Source: Candidatus Tectimicrobiota bacterium
GTDB taxonomy: Bacteria > JACPSX01
Direction: 5' to 3'
Assembly: GCA_016193065.1 (NCBI GenBank)
Contig: JACPSX010000090.1
Span: 1-38,193, forward strand
Length of the DNA: 38,193 bases
The notes below the pieces were generated by a model. The model saw nothing but the letters and a program-made list of their open reading frames with translations, ran no database searches and was not told where the DNA came from. This document shows positions 8,374 through 18,000 of this stretch, in pieces. Every line of letters begins with the position of its first letter. Position 1 is the stretch's first letter. A program made the translations under genes and the position numbers.

Positions 8374-9381
8374 CTACATGAGAGGGAGAACCGTCTTCTC
8401 CAAGCGCTCTACCTGTGCCTTGATGTCGAAGGAGTGGAAGTAGAGAACGACTCTCTCCGCGCCGTAGGAGAGCAGTTCCTTGATTCTCACCGCCAGTTCT
8501 TCCGCCGGACCGTAAACCGCCACCTTCCTTTTCACCTCGAAGGGACGTCCCCCTTGGATGGAGTTCATCTGGCTCTCCCAGAAAACTCTGCCCTCTTCAA
8601 CGGCCTTCTTCGGATCCGGGTTGATGTTGCAACTGATAATGAAGGCGATGCGGATGGATTTCGGGTCTCTCCCTTCAGCCCTGGCGTATTCCGCCAGCTT
8701 GCGGATCGGCTCGTGGGGGTCCACGGTTCTGACCTCGCCTTCGATGTGCTCCATGCCCACGTGGCCCCCCTCCAGGCTTCCCTGCCAGCCGTCTCCGATG
8801 CGGGCGGTCCGCCTCATCGCCGCGTCCGTAGCTCCGCCGATCCAGATGGGAGGATGGGGCTTTTGTACGGGCTTGGGCTCGACGACCACATCCCGAAACT
8901 GGTAATACTTGCCCTGATGGGTCACGGAGGGCTCCGTCCAGATCCTTTTGAGGATGTGCAGGATCTCGTCGGTCCGGCCCGCCCGCTGCTTGAAGGAAAT
9001 GCCAACGTCCTCACACTCCTTGGGCCACCAACCCAGGCCCGCTCCGAAGATAAACCGCCCGTCCGATAGATTGTCTATAGTGCTGATGCGCCGCGCCAAC
9101 TCGATCGGGCTGCGCAAAGGGGTCACGAGAACGTCCGTCCCGATCTTGACGTGCTTGGTGCGCACGGAGAGGGCCGCGATGTAGGTAAGAGCATCATAGC
9201 GCGGCACGGGACGGGAGATGAAGTCGGGGACCGATAGGTAACACAGTCCCATCCGATCAGCCCGCTCGGCCATCTCGATGTACAGCTTGGCGTCGATTTT
9301 GTCTCCTTGAGTCGCCCTCGGGTTGATGTTAAAGCCGATCTTGTACATTTGCTCCGCCATGACTGCCACCTCCATCGTCAA
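8374..9381 (-). CDS. LLM class flavin/F420-dependent oxidoreductase
   Basis: TKHVKIGT, IDNLSDGRFIFGAGLGW, PKPVQKPHPPIWIGG, RTARIGDGW. Confidence 0.9.
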   Translation of the reverse strand: MTMEVAVMAEQMYKIGFNINPRATQGDKIDAKLYIEMAERADRMGLCYLSVPDFISRPVPRYDALTYIAALSVRTKHVKIGTDVLVTPLRSPIELARRISTIDNLSDGRFIFGAGLGWWPKECEDVGISFKQRAGRTDEILHILKRIWTEPSVTHQGKYYQFRDVVVEPKPVQKPHPPIWIGGATDAAMRRTARIGDGWQGSLEGGHVGMEHIEGEVRTVDPHEPIRKLAEYARAEGRDPKSIRIAFIISCNINPDPKKAVEEGRVFWESQMNSIQGGRPFEVKRKVAVYGPAEELAVRIKELLSYGAERVVLYFHSFDIKAQVERLEKTVLPLM

Positions 9382-9572
9382 TGATTTTCGCCGACCCTCC
9401 CGGGAAATCTTCTGGCAACCTGCCTCCCGTCTTGTCCATCATCCGGGCAACAGTCTCCTCTTCAACGAAGCGTGCCTCCCTCCAGGAAGTATCACGGAGA
9501 GGTTCCGGGGAAGAATACGCCGGTGGCCGAGCAGGGGCCCTCCGCGGCGGGAGGCCGGCCTCGTCGGCGGAA

Positions 9573-10529
9573 TCAGCCGCGGAGTGCCGGGACGATTTCC
9601 CGCGCCAGAATCTCCATGTGATCCATCGCGTCGAAGACGGGGTTCAAGAGGATGAGCTCGGCTCCGGCCGCCCGGATCTTCCGCAGCTCCGCGATGATCT
9701 CTTGGGGGTCCCCCCAGATCGCCACGTGGTCCACAAGGTCCGCCTTCCCGTAGTGCCACTGGGACCACTCCCGGAGGCGCTCGATGGCCCGGGTCTTGTT
9801 GGAATCAACGGCCAGGTAGACGCGCTTGGCGATCGCGAACGTGGAGAGGTCCCGCTTGGCCTCCGCCAGGAACCCACGGACCTGAGGGACCCGCTCCACA
9901 AAGCCGTCCGTCGATGAGGAGCCGGCGCCCATCCAGCCGTCGCCCAGTTCCACGGCCCGCTTGAGAGCCGCCGGATGAGCGCCTCCGAACCAGAGCGGCG
10001 GATGGGGCTTTTGCACCGGCTTGGGATTCATCTGAGCGTTGTCCAGCTTCCAAAATTCACTGTCGAACGTGACGCGCTCTTCCGTCCACAGGAGCTTCAT
10101 CAGTTTCAGACCTTCGCTGAAACGGCGCACACGCCTCTCCGCGGAGATGCCGAAGGCGGGATATTGTTGCGTACTGGCCCCGATGCCGACACCGGCAATC
10201 AGCCTCCCGTCGCTGAGCTGGTCCAGGGTGGCCAGGCTCTTGGCCAGTTGCACCGGGCTGCGCACCGGCGTGATCAGCACCGACACCCCCAGCCGAAGAG
10301 TGCGCGTCACGGCGGCCGCGTAGCTGAGCAGCGAGATCGGTTCGAGGCACGAGGCCCCCCGGCCCAGGATCTGCTCCTGGGTCCAGGCGCTGTGGAAGCC
10401 CAGCTCTTCGGCCCGGCGCAGGAACCCCTGAAGCTTGGCCGTGTCCACGCAGGGCCGGTCGAAAAAGATCTGCGGAATGCTGATTCCGAACTGCACCTGA
10501 TTAGCGATCATCACGAATCCTCTCTTCAA
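9573..10529 (-). CDS. LLM class flavin/F420-dependent oxidoreductase
   Basis: TRTLRLGVSV, TLDQLSDGRL, PKPVQKPHPPLWFGG, RAVELGDGW; exact start uncertain. Confidence 0.9.
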   Translation of the reverse strand: MKRGFVMIANQVQFGISIPQIFFDRPCVDTAKLQGFLRRAEELGFHSAWTQEQILGRGASCLEPISLLSYAAAVTRTLRLGVSVLITPVRSPVQLAKSLATLDQLSDGRLIAGVGIGASTQQYPAFGISAERRVRRFSEGLKLMKLLWTEERVTFDSEFWKLDNAQMNPKPVQKPHPPLWFGGAHPAALKRAVELGDGWMGAGSSSTDGFVERVPQVRGFLAEAKRDLSTFAIAKRVYLAVDSNKTRAIERLREWSQWHYGKADLVDHVAIWGDPQEIIAELRKIRAAGAELILLNPVFDAMDHMEILAREIVPALRG

Positions 10530-10859
10530 AGCCCGTGCATGTGTTCCGGCACCGGGGCAAACCGAGTATCATTCCTTCACTTGAGCACTTAAGAAACTGA
10601 GGAAAAATCGAAAGGCTGAAACTCCCTTTTTGCAGGTAGAATATCAGGGTGTTCCCATAAGTCAAGCTTATCCTGTCTCGGCGCGGGAGAGATCCAGAGA
10701 CCGTTCTTTTTTTGACCGAACCCGGACGGCTATAGCTTCGAGGCAAGGGCTCCCGCGTGCGCGCCACGGACCGGGTCGTGCAGATGATCCGGGAAGCGAG
10801 AGGCAAATGAGAGAACATGCCGAAGGATTTGGAACATCATCTGTTGCTTTCCCGCCTTT

Positions 10860-10882
10860 GACGATGTATATTATACATCGTC
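10860..10882. promoter_or_regulatory. Perfect palindrome, probable autoregulatory operator of the vapBC pair
   Basis: GACGATGTATA-T-TATACATCGTC (11-bp arms) overlapping TTGACG, 10 nt before the RHH gene start. Confidence 0.7.
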
Positions 10883-10892
10883 TGGACAAAAT

Positions 10893-11153
10893 ATGAAAAG
10901 AACGCAGCTGTACCTGGATGAGGAAATGGCGAGGACGTTGGCTGCCCTGAGCCGAAAAAAGGGCACAACCGTGTCCGAACTTGTGCGGGAGAGTGTCAGG
11001 GAAAAGTATTTGAGCGGAAAAGACGTGGATAAGGTCGCTCTCGCCAGACAGCTTGCCGGGATTTGGAAGGAGAGAAAAGACCTCGGAGATATCGATCAAG
11101 CTGTCCGCAGGTTGCGCAAGGACACTCGGCGAAAAAGGCTGGGAATTGGCTGA
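10893..11153 (+). CDS. CopG/ribbon-helix-helix antitoxin (VapB-type)
   Basis: MKRTQLYLDE...TVSELVRE motif; overlaps the PIN gene. Confidence 0.85.
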   Translation: MKRTQLYLDEEMARTLAALSRKKGTTVSELVRESVREKYLSGKDVDKVALARQLAGIWKERKDLGDIDQAVRRLRKDTRRKRLGIG

Positions 11154-11532
11154 AATTCTCCTCGATTCGCATGTGATCATTGGCTGGCTCCGGGGGCAGG
11201 ACCCGGTGGCGGAAGTTGTCTCTGCTCTTCTCGAAAGCAGGGACGTTCTTTTGTGGACACCCGTGTCTGTTGCAGAGATATTCGCGGGTGCGAGAAAAGG
11301 AGAAGAGAAACAGTTAGAGAGCCTGTTTCTGGTGCTTGAAACTCTGCCCTTGTCGGCCGAGATAGGGAAAAAGGCAGGGGACTACCTGAGAACTTACTCC
11401 AGATCCCATCACTTGGAGCTGGGTGATGCGCTGATTGCTGCCACGGCTCACGCGCACCAAGTCCCTCTCTGGACTCTCAACAAGAAGCATTACCCCATGA
11501 GCGATGTCCGATTTTTCGTGCCGTCTCGCTAG
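11146..11532 (+). CDS. vapC: PIN-domain VapC toxin
   Basis: ILLDS, SVAEIF.G, LGDALIAATA, LWTLNKKHY; TTG start overlapping the antitoxin end. Confidence 0.88.
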   Translation: MAEILLDSHVIIGWLRGQDPVAEVVSALLESRDVLLWTPVSVAEIFAGARKGEEKQLESLFLVLETLPLSAEIGKKAGDYLRTYSRSHHLELGDALIAATAHAHQVPLWTLNKKHYPMSDVRFFVPSR

Positions 11533-11725
11533 GGCCTGCCTTCTCTATCTAGGGTCCGACAAACGGAGTTCCCCGGCTCCTGTCTCCATTTTTTCTCTTG
11601 AGAGACCGGGACCCTTTCTGGTAGCTTCCATCCACTGGGATAAAAATCCGCCGCTACAGGCTTGTCGGGCTACGAAAAAGAATTTTCCAGTAGTTGCCGT
11701 CACAAGTTTCCCTAAGGAGGAGGCC

Positions 11726-12460
11726 ATGTACTACGGCTGGAGAGGCGTCGTCGGCTACGTGAAGCCGACCCAGCGGCCGGGCACGCTGGAAGATTTCGTC
11801 AAGCTGATGCCCGACGGGGTCGGGGTGATTCCCGAAACCGTGGGAATCCGGATGGGAAGCGAGCAGGAGTTCCTGAAGGCGCTGGAGATCGCCGAGCAGA
11901 AGGTGGCGGAATTGAGCAAGTTGGGCGTGGACCTCGTGCTGATTGCCGGGGCCCCGCCGACCATGGTGCACGGCTACGGCCGCGATCGGGCCAAGGCTCA
12001 GGAGCTATCGCAGAAATACGGAGTTCCCGTTGTCACGGCCACCATGGCCCAGATGGAAGCTTTCCAAGCTCTCGGCGTCAAACGGATCGTGGGGATCAGT
12101 TACTTCAAAGATGACCTCAACCCTACCTTTGCCAAGTTTCTGCGGGATGGAGGGCTTGAGGTCCTGTGCATGAAGGGCTACGAGGTTCCCTTCGGAGAGG
12201 TGCAGAAGATTCCGCCCCAAGAAGTCTACGCTTTTGCCAAGAAGGTGTTCCTGGAAGCCGACCGCCCGGATGGGATCTACATTCTGGGCAACGGCTGGCG
12301 GGTCCTTCCCATCGTGAGGCTGCTGGAGCAGGACCTGCAGACCACGGTCGTCGCCAGCCTTCCGGCCCAGATCTGGGCTACTCTCAGGAGGCTGCACATT
12401 CGGGAACCGATCCCGGGGTATGGAAAGCTGCTCGCCGAGATGCCCTGGGACCTGTCCTGA
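11726..12460 (+). CDS. Asp/Glu racemase superfamily (maleate isomerase/arylmalonate decarboxylase-like), lacking catalytic cysteines
   Basis: YGWRGVVG...LMPDGVG, GVPVVTAT.A..EAFQALGVKRI, LEQDL...VVAS..AQIW..LR.L....PIPGYGKLL; AAGGAGG RBS. Confidence 0.8.
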   Translation: MYYGWRGVVGYVKPTQRPGTLEDFVKLMPDGVGVIPETVGIRMGSEQEFLKALEIAEQKVAELSKLGVDLVLIAGAPPTMVHGYGRDRAKAQELSQKYGVPVVTATMAQMEAFQALGVKRIVGISYFKDDLNPTFAKFLRDGGLEVLCMKGYEVPFGEVQKIPPQEVYAFAKKVFLEADRPDGIYILGNGWRVLPIVRLLEQDLQTTVVASLPAQIWATLRRLHIREPIPGYGKLLAEMPWDLS

Positions 12461-12498
12461 GCGGAGCCTGCCCTGGGCAGCGCCGAAGGGTCGAAGGG
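12451..12498 (+). repeat. Nested 24-bp palindromic micro-elements (CCTG..CTGAGC..TCGAAGGG family)
   Basis: CCTGTCCTGAGCGGAG[CCTGCCCTGGGCAGCGCCGAAGGG]TCGAAGGG; the outer unit supplies the upstream gene's TGA. Confidence 0.75.
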
Positions 12499-12529
12499 GC
12501 CGCTCTGATCGGGAACAATGGAGGAGGAC

Positions 12530-13051
12530 ATGGAAGGCAAGTGGGAAGAGGAGAAATGGGTTACGGACCTGCACATCAAGCGGGCCGAGCGGATGAAGGC
12601 CGACGACCTTAAGAGACGTTCCGGGCGAAAGATCATTCGCAAGTCCGAGGTGAATCTGCAATGGGAGCCCAAGAACGGCATCTGGATCTCCGGCCTGGTG
12701 ACCCGGGAGATGGGTTTTGAGAACCGGATCATCGAGGTCGATCTGCACGTGCTGCCCCCCGGGACCCACTCGATCACCCATAAGCACAACGAAGCGATCC
12801 TGCACATCCTGCGGGGCAGCGGGTACACGTTGATTGACGAGGAGCGCTTTGACTGGGAGGGGGGCGACACGGTGTACATCCCCATCGGGGCCTGGCACCA
12901 ACATTACAACCTGGAATCCGGGGAGGCGGCCGTGATCCTGGCCATCAAGCCGATCCCCTTGCAGGAATACCTGGGGGAGGTCCACATCGAGCGCAAGGGA
13001 GATACGCCGAAGATCAACGAATCCTGGAAGCCCGACTCCCTCGGCCTCTAA
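12530..13051 (+). CDS. Cupin domain protein (metal-binding, gentisate-dioxygenase-like subtype possible)
   Basis: HKHNEAILHILRGSG and GDTVYIP.GAWHQH cupin motifs; GGAGGAGG RBS. Confidence 0.85.
   Translation: MEGKWEEEKWVTDLHIKRAERMKADDLKRRSGRKIIRKSEVNLQWEPKNGIWISGLVTREMGFENRIIEVDLHVLPPGTHSITHKHNEAILHILRGSGYTLIDEERFDWEGGDTVYIPIGAWHQHYNLESGEAAVILAIKPIPLQEYLGEVHIERKGDTPKINESWKPDSLGL
12927..13051 (+). repeat. Cupin 3' tail, copy 1 (currently functional) of a 125-bp three-copy direct repeat
   Basis: Collinear without indels with 18252-18376 and 19877-20001. Confidence 0.95.
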
Positions 13052-13059
13052 TCCGGCTT

Positions 13060-13527
13060 TTAAGCACTCTTTGCTCGTACGACGAGATCGACGTCGCACT
13101 CAAGGACGTGAAGGAGCGACAACACCTGATCGACGGATTTGCGATAATTCGTCTGGTCAAGGAGCCGGTAGAACTGAGCTGCGGAGGTTCCGAGGCGCCG
13201 AATGATTTCCCGCTTGGAAAGAGGACTCGCCTCGACACGTTTCTGCGCTTCGAGTGTCAGCTTGTACAGTAGAAGGTCTCGCAGATAGGTGGGATCCTGA
13301 TTGTACTCCAGCACCTGCTCAATATGTACGGTTCCCTCTCTGCCTGACTGCAGAACGTACGTAAATCCTTCCCGGCCAAGGTCCGCATCCACGGACACCC
13401 GAGCCACGCCATCGTTTCTCGTCGGCTTCGGATCGGCCTTGGCGTACGGGAAAAGAAGGATCTGGGACGAGGTCTTTACCTCAAACGCCCTCTTTCGATT
13501 GTTGGCGGCGACCCTACGGATCTTCAT
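13060..13527 (-). CDS. HTH-containing antitoxin-like protein
   Basis: C-terminal HTH (LSKREIIRRLGTSAAQFYRLLD); start overlaps the stop of a collapsed upstream ORF (ATGA). Confidence 0.65.
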   Translation of the reverse strand: MKIRRVAANNRKRAFEVKTSSQILLFPYAKADPKPTRNDGVARVSVDADLGREGFTYVLQSGREGTVHIEQVLEYNQDPTYLRDLLLYKLTLEAQKRVEASPLSKREIIRRLGTSAAQFYRLLDQTNYRKSVDQVLSLLHVLECDVDLVVRAKSA

Positions 13528-13597
13528 AGAAGGCCCTCGGACTCAAGTCAGGTCTTTCCCGTCGGCTAATGCTACCCTCTGTGGTAACGGTTGTCAA
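13524..13597 (-). pseudogene. Sigma70 promoter plus 39-nt stub of a deleted upstream (toxin-like) gene
   Basis: TTGACA(13597-13592)-17 nt-TAGCAT, then ACG-GGA-AAG...CTT GAG TCC GAG GGC CTT CTA TGA overlapping the next ATG. Confidence 0.55.
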
Positions 13598-13669
13598 GAC
13601 CAGTTCGCTGGACTCTTCTGGTCCGCCGCAGTATTAGCCGCGGGCCATGGAGCGGCCCGTCGGCTGGTA

Positions 13670-13886
13670 GGATCAAGGGGTGGCACCGCTGACGGAAATC
13701 GCCCGACGGTTCAACCGGGACGTCTCAACGCTGAGTCGGGCAGTGGAGGCATTGCAGCGCATCGCCAGCGCGGGCGGGCCTGTCTGCGTGTCCCCGCCTG
13801 CGTGTCCGCGCGGGCAGGCGCACAGGCAGGCCAGAGGCGAAATCATTGTTCAAACGTCAAAAAGCAATTATGCAAGCCTGACCCTT
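13670..13886 (+). pseudogene. C-terminal remnant of a REP-associated (Y1/RAYT-type) transposase with HTH tail
   Basis: APLTEIARRFNRDVSTLSRAV and terminal AAAGCAATTATGCAAGCCTGACCC resemble, from recollection, the ends of this transposase group; no HUH domain present. Confidence 0.5.
13779..13830 (+). repeat. Nested 26-bp palindromic micro-elements (CCTGTCTGCG..CGCACAGGCAGG family)
   Basis: CCTGTCTGCGTGTC[CCCGCCTGCGTGTCCGCGCGGGCAGG]CGCACAGGCAGG; inner and rejoined outer units differ at 4 of 26 nt. Confidence 0.8.
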
Positions 13887-13930
13887 TCTTACGATCTGGT
13901 GTCAATATGCCTTACTTCCTTCGTCTTTTT

Positions 13931-13970
13931 CTGACCTTTCCCCCTGGAGGGGGAAGGTCAGGATGAGGGG
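13931..13970 (-). repeat. CCCCTCA-type REP-like hairpin
   Basis: Reverse strand CCCCTCATCCTGACCTTCCCCCTCCAGGGGGAAAGGTCAG; same family as 24635-24670; downstream of the SWIM gene. Confidence 0.65.
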
Positions 13971-14021
13971 CAACGTGAGAGGGCGATAAGTCAAGGAGTG
14001 TCGGCTGGATTTCGTCCTCTA

Positions 14022-15005
14022 TCATTTGCGGCGGCGAGCCGGTGTGACCTTCTTCGGACTCCGCTTCCGAGTTGACGGAGGAGAGCTCGCAGGAGCCTCC
14101 GAGTTACTCTCGTCGGTCGCCGCTCCCAGGGCCAGCTCGCGGGCCAGCGCAGCGGCGCGCGAGACCGCGGGTTGCAGGAGAGCTCGCGGCGTCTGAGAGA
14201 GCTGCCAGGAGAGCGGGGCCCCAAGCTGGCGGAGGAGGGAGCCCTCGACAGCGGGGGCGCCGATGTGAAAGCTCAGGTCATCCACGGACTCGCGGAAGAC
14301 CTCGTAGCGGTCGGGAGTCATTCGTTGGGACGCGCTGGCGGCGGGAGCAGAAGCCTGCTTCCCGGCGTGTGTGCGCTCGGCGGTTCCCGAAGCGCTGCGG
14401 AGCCGGCGCAGCGCCGCCAGCACCTTCTCCTTGGTCCGCCCGCGCAGCTCGAAGAGGAGGAATGGGTCGCGGTCGAACGCCTCGCCGAGCACGTAGTGGA
14501 CCGCGGCCACATGCTTGCAGGGATTGGCCCAGTCCGGACACGTGCACGCGGTGACGAGATCCTTTTTCGTTTCGGGGAAAAGACTTGCCCGGCAAGCTTG
14601 AAACGCCTCGTCGATCTCGCGCGGCATCTCGCCGGAGAGGAGGCGCGCGGCGAAGACGGCGCGGCCGGCCATCTCCTTGATGGCCTTCTCCCAAACGCGG
14701 GCGCCGAGGGCTGCCAGGCGGATCGTCACCTTGTAGGGGGTCGGGCGCGAGCCGGTCACGCGGGCTGTTACCACTCCGTCCTTGACAGTGAGGTCATGGA
14801 CGCGGCCCTGCCGGGCATAACTTCGTCCCCGCCCGAGCCGGGCCGAGTACTCCCCGCCGAATCGGTCCAGCGCCTGGATCCAGCGCTGCCCCCACCAGGT
14901 GGAGCCGAACTTCTTGACTTTGATCCCGTGCTCGGGAGGTGGGAGCTTGGGCGGAGGAGGCGGGTAAAAATCGCTGTCCCATCCCCAGTAGCCCCGGCCC
15001 ATCAC
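14022..15005 (-). CDS. SWIM zinc finger family protein
   Basis: RLGRGRSYARQG, A.VTGSR..PY.V, CTCPDWANPCKH (CxC..CxH), DPFLLFELRGR. Confidence 0.92.
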   Translation of the reverse strand: MMGRGYWGWDSDFYPPPPPKLPPPEHGIKVKKFGSTWWGQRWIQALDRFGGEYSARLGRGRSYARQGRVHDLTVKDGVVTARVTGSRPTPYKVTIRLAALGARVWEKAIKEMAGRAVFAARLLSGEMPREIDEAFQACRASLFPETKKDLVTACTCPDWANPCKHVAAVHYVLGEAFDRDPFLLFELRGRTKEKVLAALRRLRSASGTAERTHAGKQASAPAASASQRMTPDRYEVFRESVDDLSFHIGAPAVEGSLLRQLGAPLSWQLSQTPRALLQPAVSRAAALARELALGAATDESNSEAPASSPPSTRKRSPKKVTPARRRK

Positions 15006-18000
15006 TTTCGCCCTTTCCTGGAACCCGCCTTGGCGGGCGCTGCCGTCTCGTCCTCGTTATCGGCGACCACCGCATCCCTCGAGAGCGCGAAGAGGCCCCT
15101 CAGCTCGGCGTCTGACAGCTCGGTAATCCACGCCTCACTGGCTCCCACGATTCGTTCGGCCAGGGCGCGCTTGTCCGTGAGAAGCGCGTCAATCTTCTCT
15201 TCCACGGTCCCCGCGGTCAGGAGCCGGTAGACCTGGACGAGCCGCCGCTGGCCGATCCGGTGGGCGCGATCGGTAGCCTGGTCCTCCACCGCGGGATTCC
15301 ACCAGCGGTCGAAGTGGAAGACGCGGGTGGCGTGCGTGAGATTGAGCCCGGTGCCGCCGGCTTTGAGAGAGAGGACGAACACCGGCGGTCCGTCCTCCTG
15401 GAACCGGCGCACCATGGCGTCGCGGGCTGCCCGGGGCACGCCGCCGTGGAGGAAGGGGACCTCGCGCTGGAGCGTTCCTGAGAGGTGGGCCACAAGCCGA
15501 TCGCCCATTTCGCGGAACTGGGTGAAAACGAGGGCGCGATCCCCCGAGGCCACTGTCTCCTCCAGCATCTCGGTAAGACGGTCGAGCTTTCCCGAGCGGC
15601 CCGGGAAGGGGCCCCGCTCGCGGAGATAGTGGGCAGGGTGATTGCAGATCTGCTTGAGCGCCGTGAGTAGGGCCAGGACGATGCCCCGGCGCTGAATCCC
15701 TTCGGCTGCTTCGATTTTGGCCATGACCTCATCCACCTGAGCCTGGTAGAGAGTGGCCTGCTCACGCGTCAGCGTGCAGACCACCGCCATCTCTTGCTTG
15801 GGCGGGAGGTCGGCGAGAATGCCGGGATCGCTTTTGAGACGCCGCAGCACGAAGGGGCGGATGACCCGGCGAAGCTCCTCGGCTGCCCCGTTGTCGCGGT
15901 AGCGCTCGATGGGGACGGCGAACCGCCGCCGGAAACGCTCCAGGGGACCGAGCAGCCCGGGCACACAGAAGTGGAGAATCGACCAGAGCTCGGCCAGCCG
16001 GTTCTCCACAGGGGTTCCGGTGAGGGCAAAGCGGTGGGTGGCTCGCAGAGCCCGTGCAGCGTGGGCCTGCCGGGAGGCGGCGTTCTTGATGTTCTGGGCT
16101 TCGTCGAGGACCGCCACCGCCCAGTCCATCTCGCCCAGCAGAGCCTGGTCGCGTCTCAAAAGGCCGTAGGTCGTGACTACCACAGCGTGGGGAGGTGTGT
16201 GCCGCAGGGCTTTGAGGTCTCGTGCCCGCTCCGGTCCGTGGTGGCGCAGGACGGGCAGGGCCGGGGAGAAGCGCGCGAGCTCCCGCTCCCAGTTGCCGAC
16301 CACCGAGGTGGGGCAGACGATGAGCGCAGGGCGTGGATCGCCGGTCTCGGCCGCCCGCCGAGCCAGGAGGAAAGCGATGGTCTCAACGGTCTTGCCAAGC
16401 CCCATGTCGTCCGCAAGACAACCGCCCAGGCCGAGGCGGGCCATGAGGGCGAGCCAAGACAGCCCTCGCTCCTGATAGGGGCGGAGCGTCCCCTGGAGAT
16501 CAGCCGGAGGCAGGATGGGATCCATCCCGGCCCGAAGCCGCTCGATTACGGAAATGAGCAGCCCTTCGGGAACGACTTCCACCGGCACCCGGATTCCTTC
16601 GCGGGGGAGCGTTCCTCCCAGTGCGGCGGCCAGGGCTTCAGGGATCTGAAGCTTTCCGCCTCTCTCCTTCTGCAGGTGGTGGCGGATTTCGGCAATCTCG
16701 TTCGGGTCCAGAACCACCCACTCGCCGCGCCACTGAACCAGGGGTCGCTTGAGGGCGACCAGAGCACTGAACTCTTGAGGCGAAAGGGTCTGATCGCCGA
16801 GAGCCAGCTCCCAGCGATAGGCGACCAGGCCGTCCAGCGACAGGCGTCCTTCGCCGGACACGGCTCCTGCGACGCCCGGCGCCGCGCCCACCCGCATCCT
16901 GAGCCTGAGCCGTCGCTGCCCGGCGGGGGACAGTTCGGCCGGGAGGAGCACCGTGAAGCCGGCCTCGCTGAGGAGGGGTGCTCCATCCGAGAGGAAGCGC
17001 CATGCTTCGTCGTCACTCAAGGGCACGGACTCCGGGCGCGCGGCCTCGAGGCTTCTCTCGACGGGAGGAAAAAGCCTTGCGGCCTGGGCTAGCCCTTGGA
17101 GGAGCAGTTCCTGAGGCGCCGCGAAGGTCCGGTCCATCCACTGAAGGCGGTCCCCCGGCGCAGCCCAGGCGCGCTCTGCGGGGAGGAGAAGGCTCGGATC
17201 GTCGGCGGCCTGAAGGAAGTAGCGCAGCTCCCAGGGGCGGCCTCTTCCGGCCCGGGTTCCATTGCCGGGTGGGTCCAGCTTGAGGCACACGCGGGGGGTA
17301 TTGGCGGCCAGAGCTCCGCGGACCGGCGCGACCCACCCGCTGATCTCTTCGGGCAGGCCGCGCTCGAGGAATCCGTGGGTCGGGAATACCGGGTCGGACC
17401 CTGTCAGCGCGGCAATGAATTTCCCTTCCCAACTGCCTCGTCCTTGCGCAGGCAGAGGCACCTGGGTCCGAGCTGCCGCCTCCCTGTCCAAGGCGTCCGC
17501 CGTCGCATCCAGGAACTCAGCGAGAAGCGTCTCGGGGGCCCAGAATCGAACGGTCTCTCGATACTGCCGTTGAGGTCTGCGGCCGCGGCTGGGCAGGGGA
17601 TGGTCTTCGCGGTCAGTAGGGACCGCGTGGGCTGCCGGGGGGAAGGCCCGGGCGAGAGCGGTAAATCGCTGGGAGTCATCGGGAAGAGCCAGTGAGACTC
17701 CCCAGCGGGCTTCCGCTCCCTCCGGGGCCGGGAGTACCAAGGGAAGTATCCGCTCCCGCGCTACCAGGTCGAGCGCCAGCTTGGCCGCAAGACTCCAGGC
17801 TGCGACCGATGCCGGAACGCCCTCAAGATCGGCAGCCTCGATCCTGGCCAGCACAGCGACTCCGTCGAGGAGTCCGATCCTGAGCCCGCGGACCTGCTCG
17901 GCTTTCCCGTGGTCAGACACAACTCGAACGGTGGCGCGCCGTCCGGAGGCAGCGAGCCGTTCGATGATACCGGCGTTTGCGCTGCCAGGATCGCTTCCCC

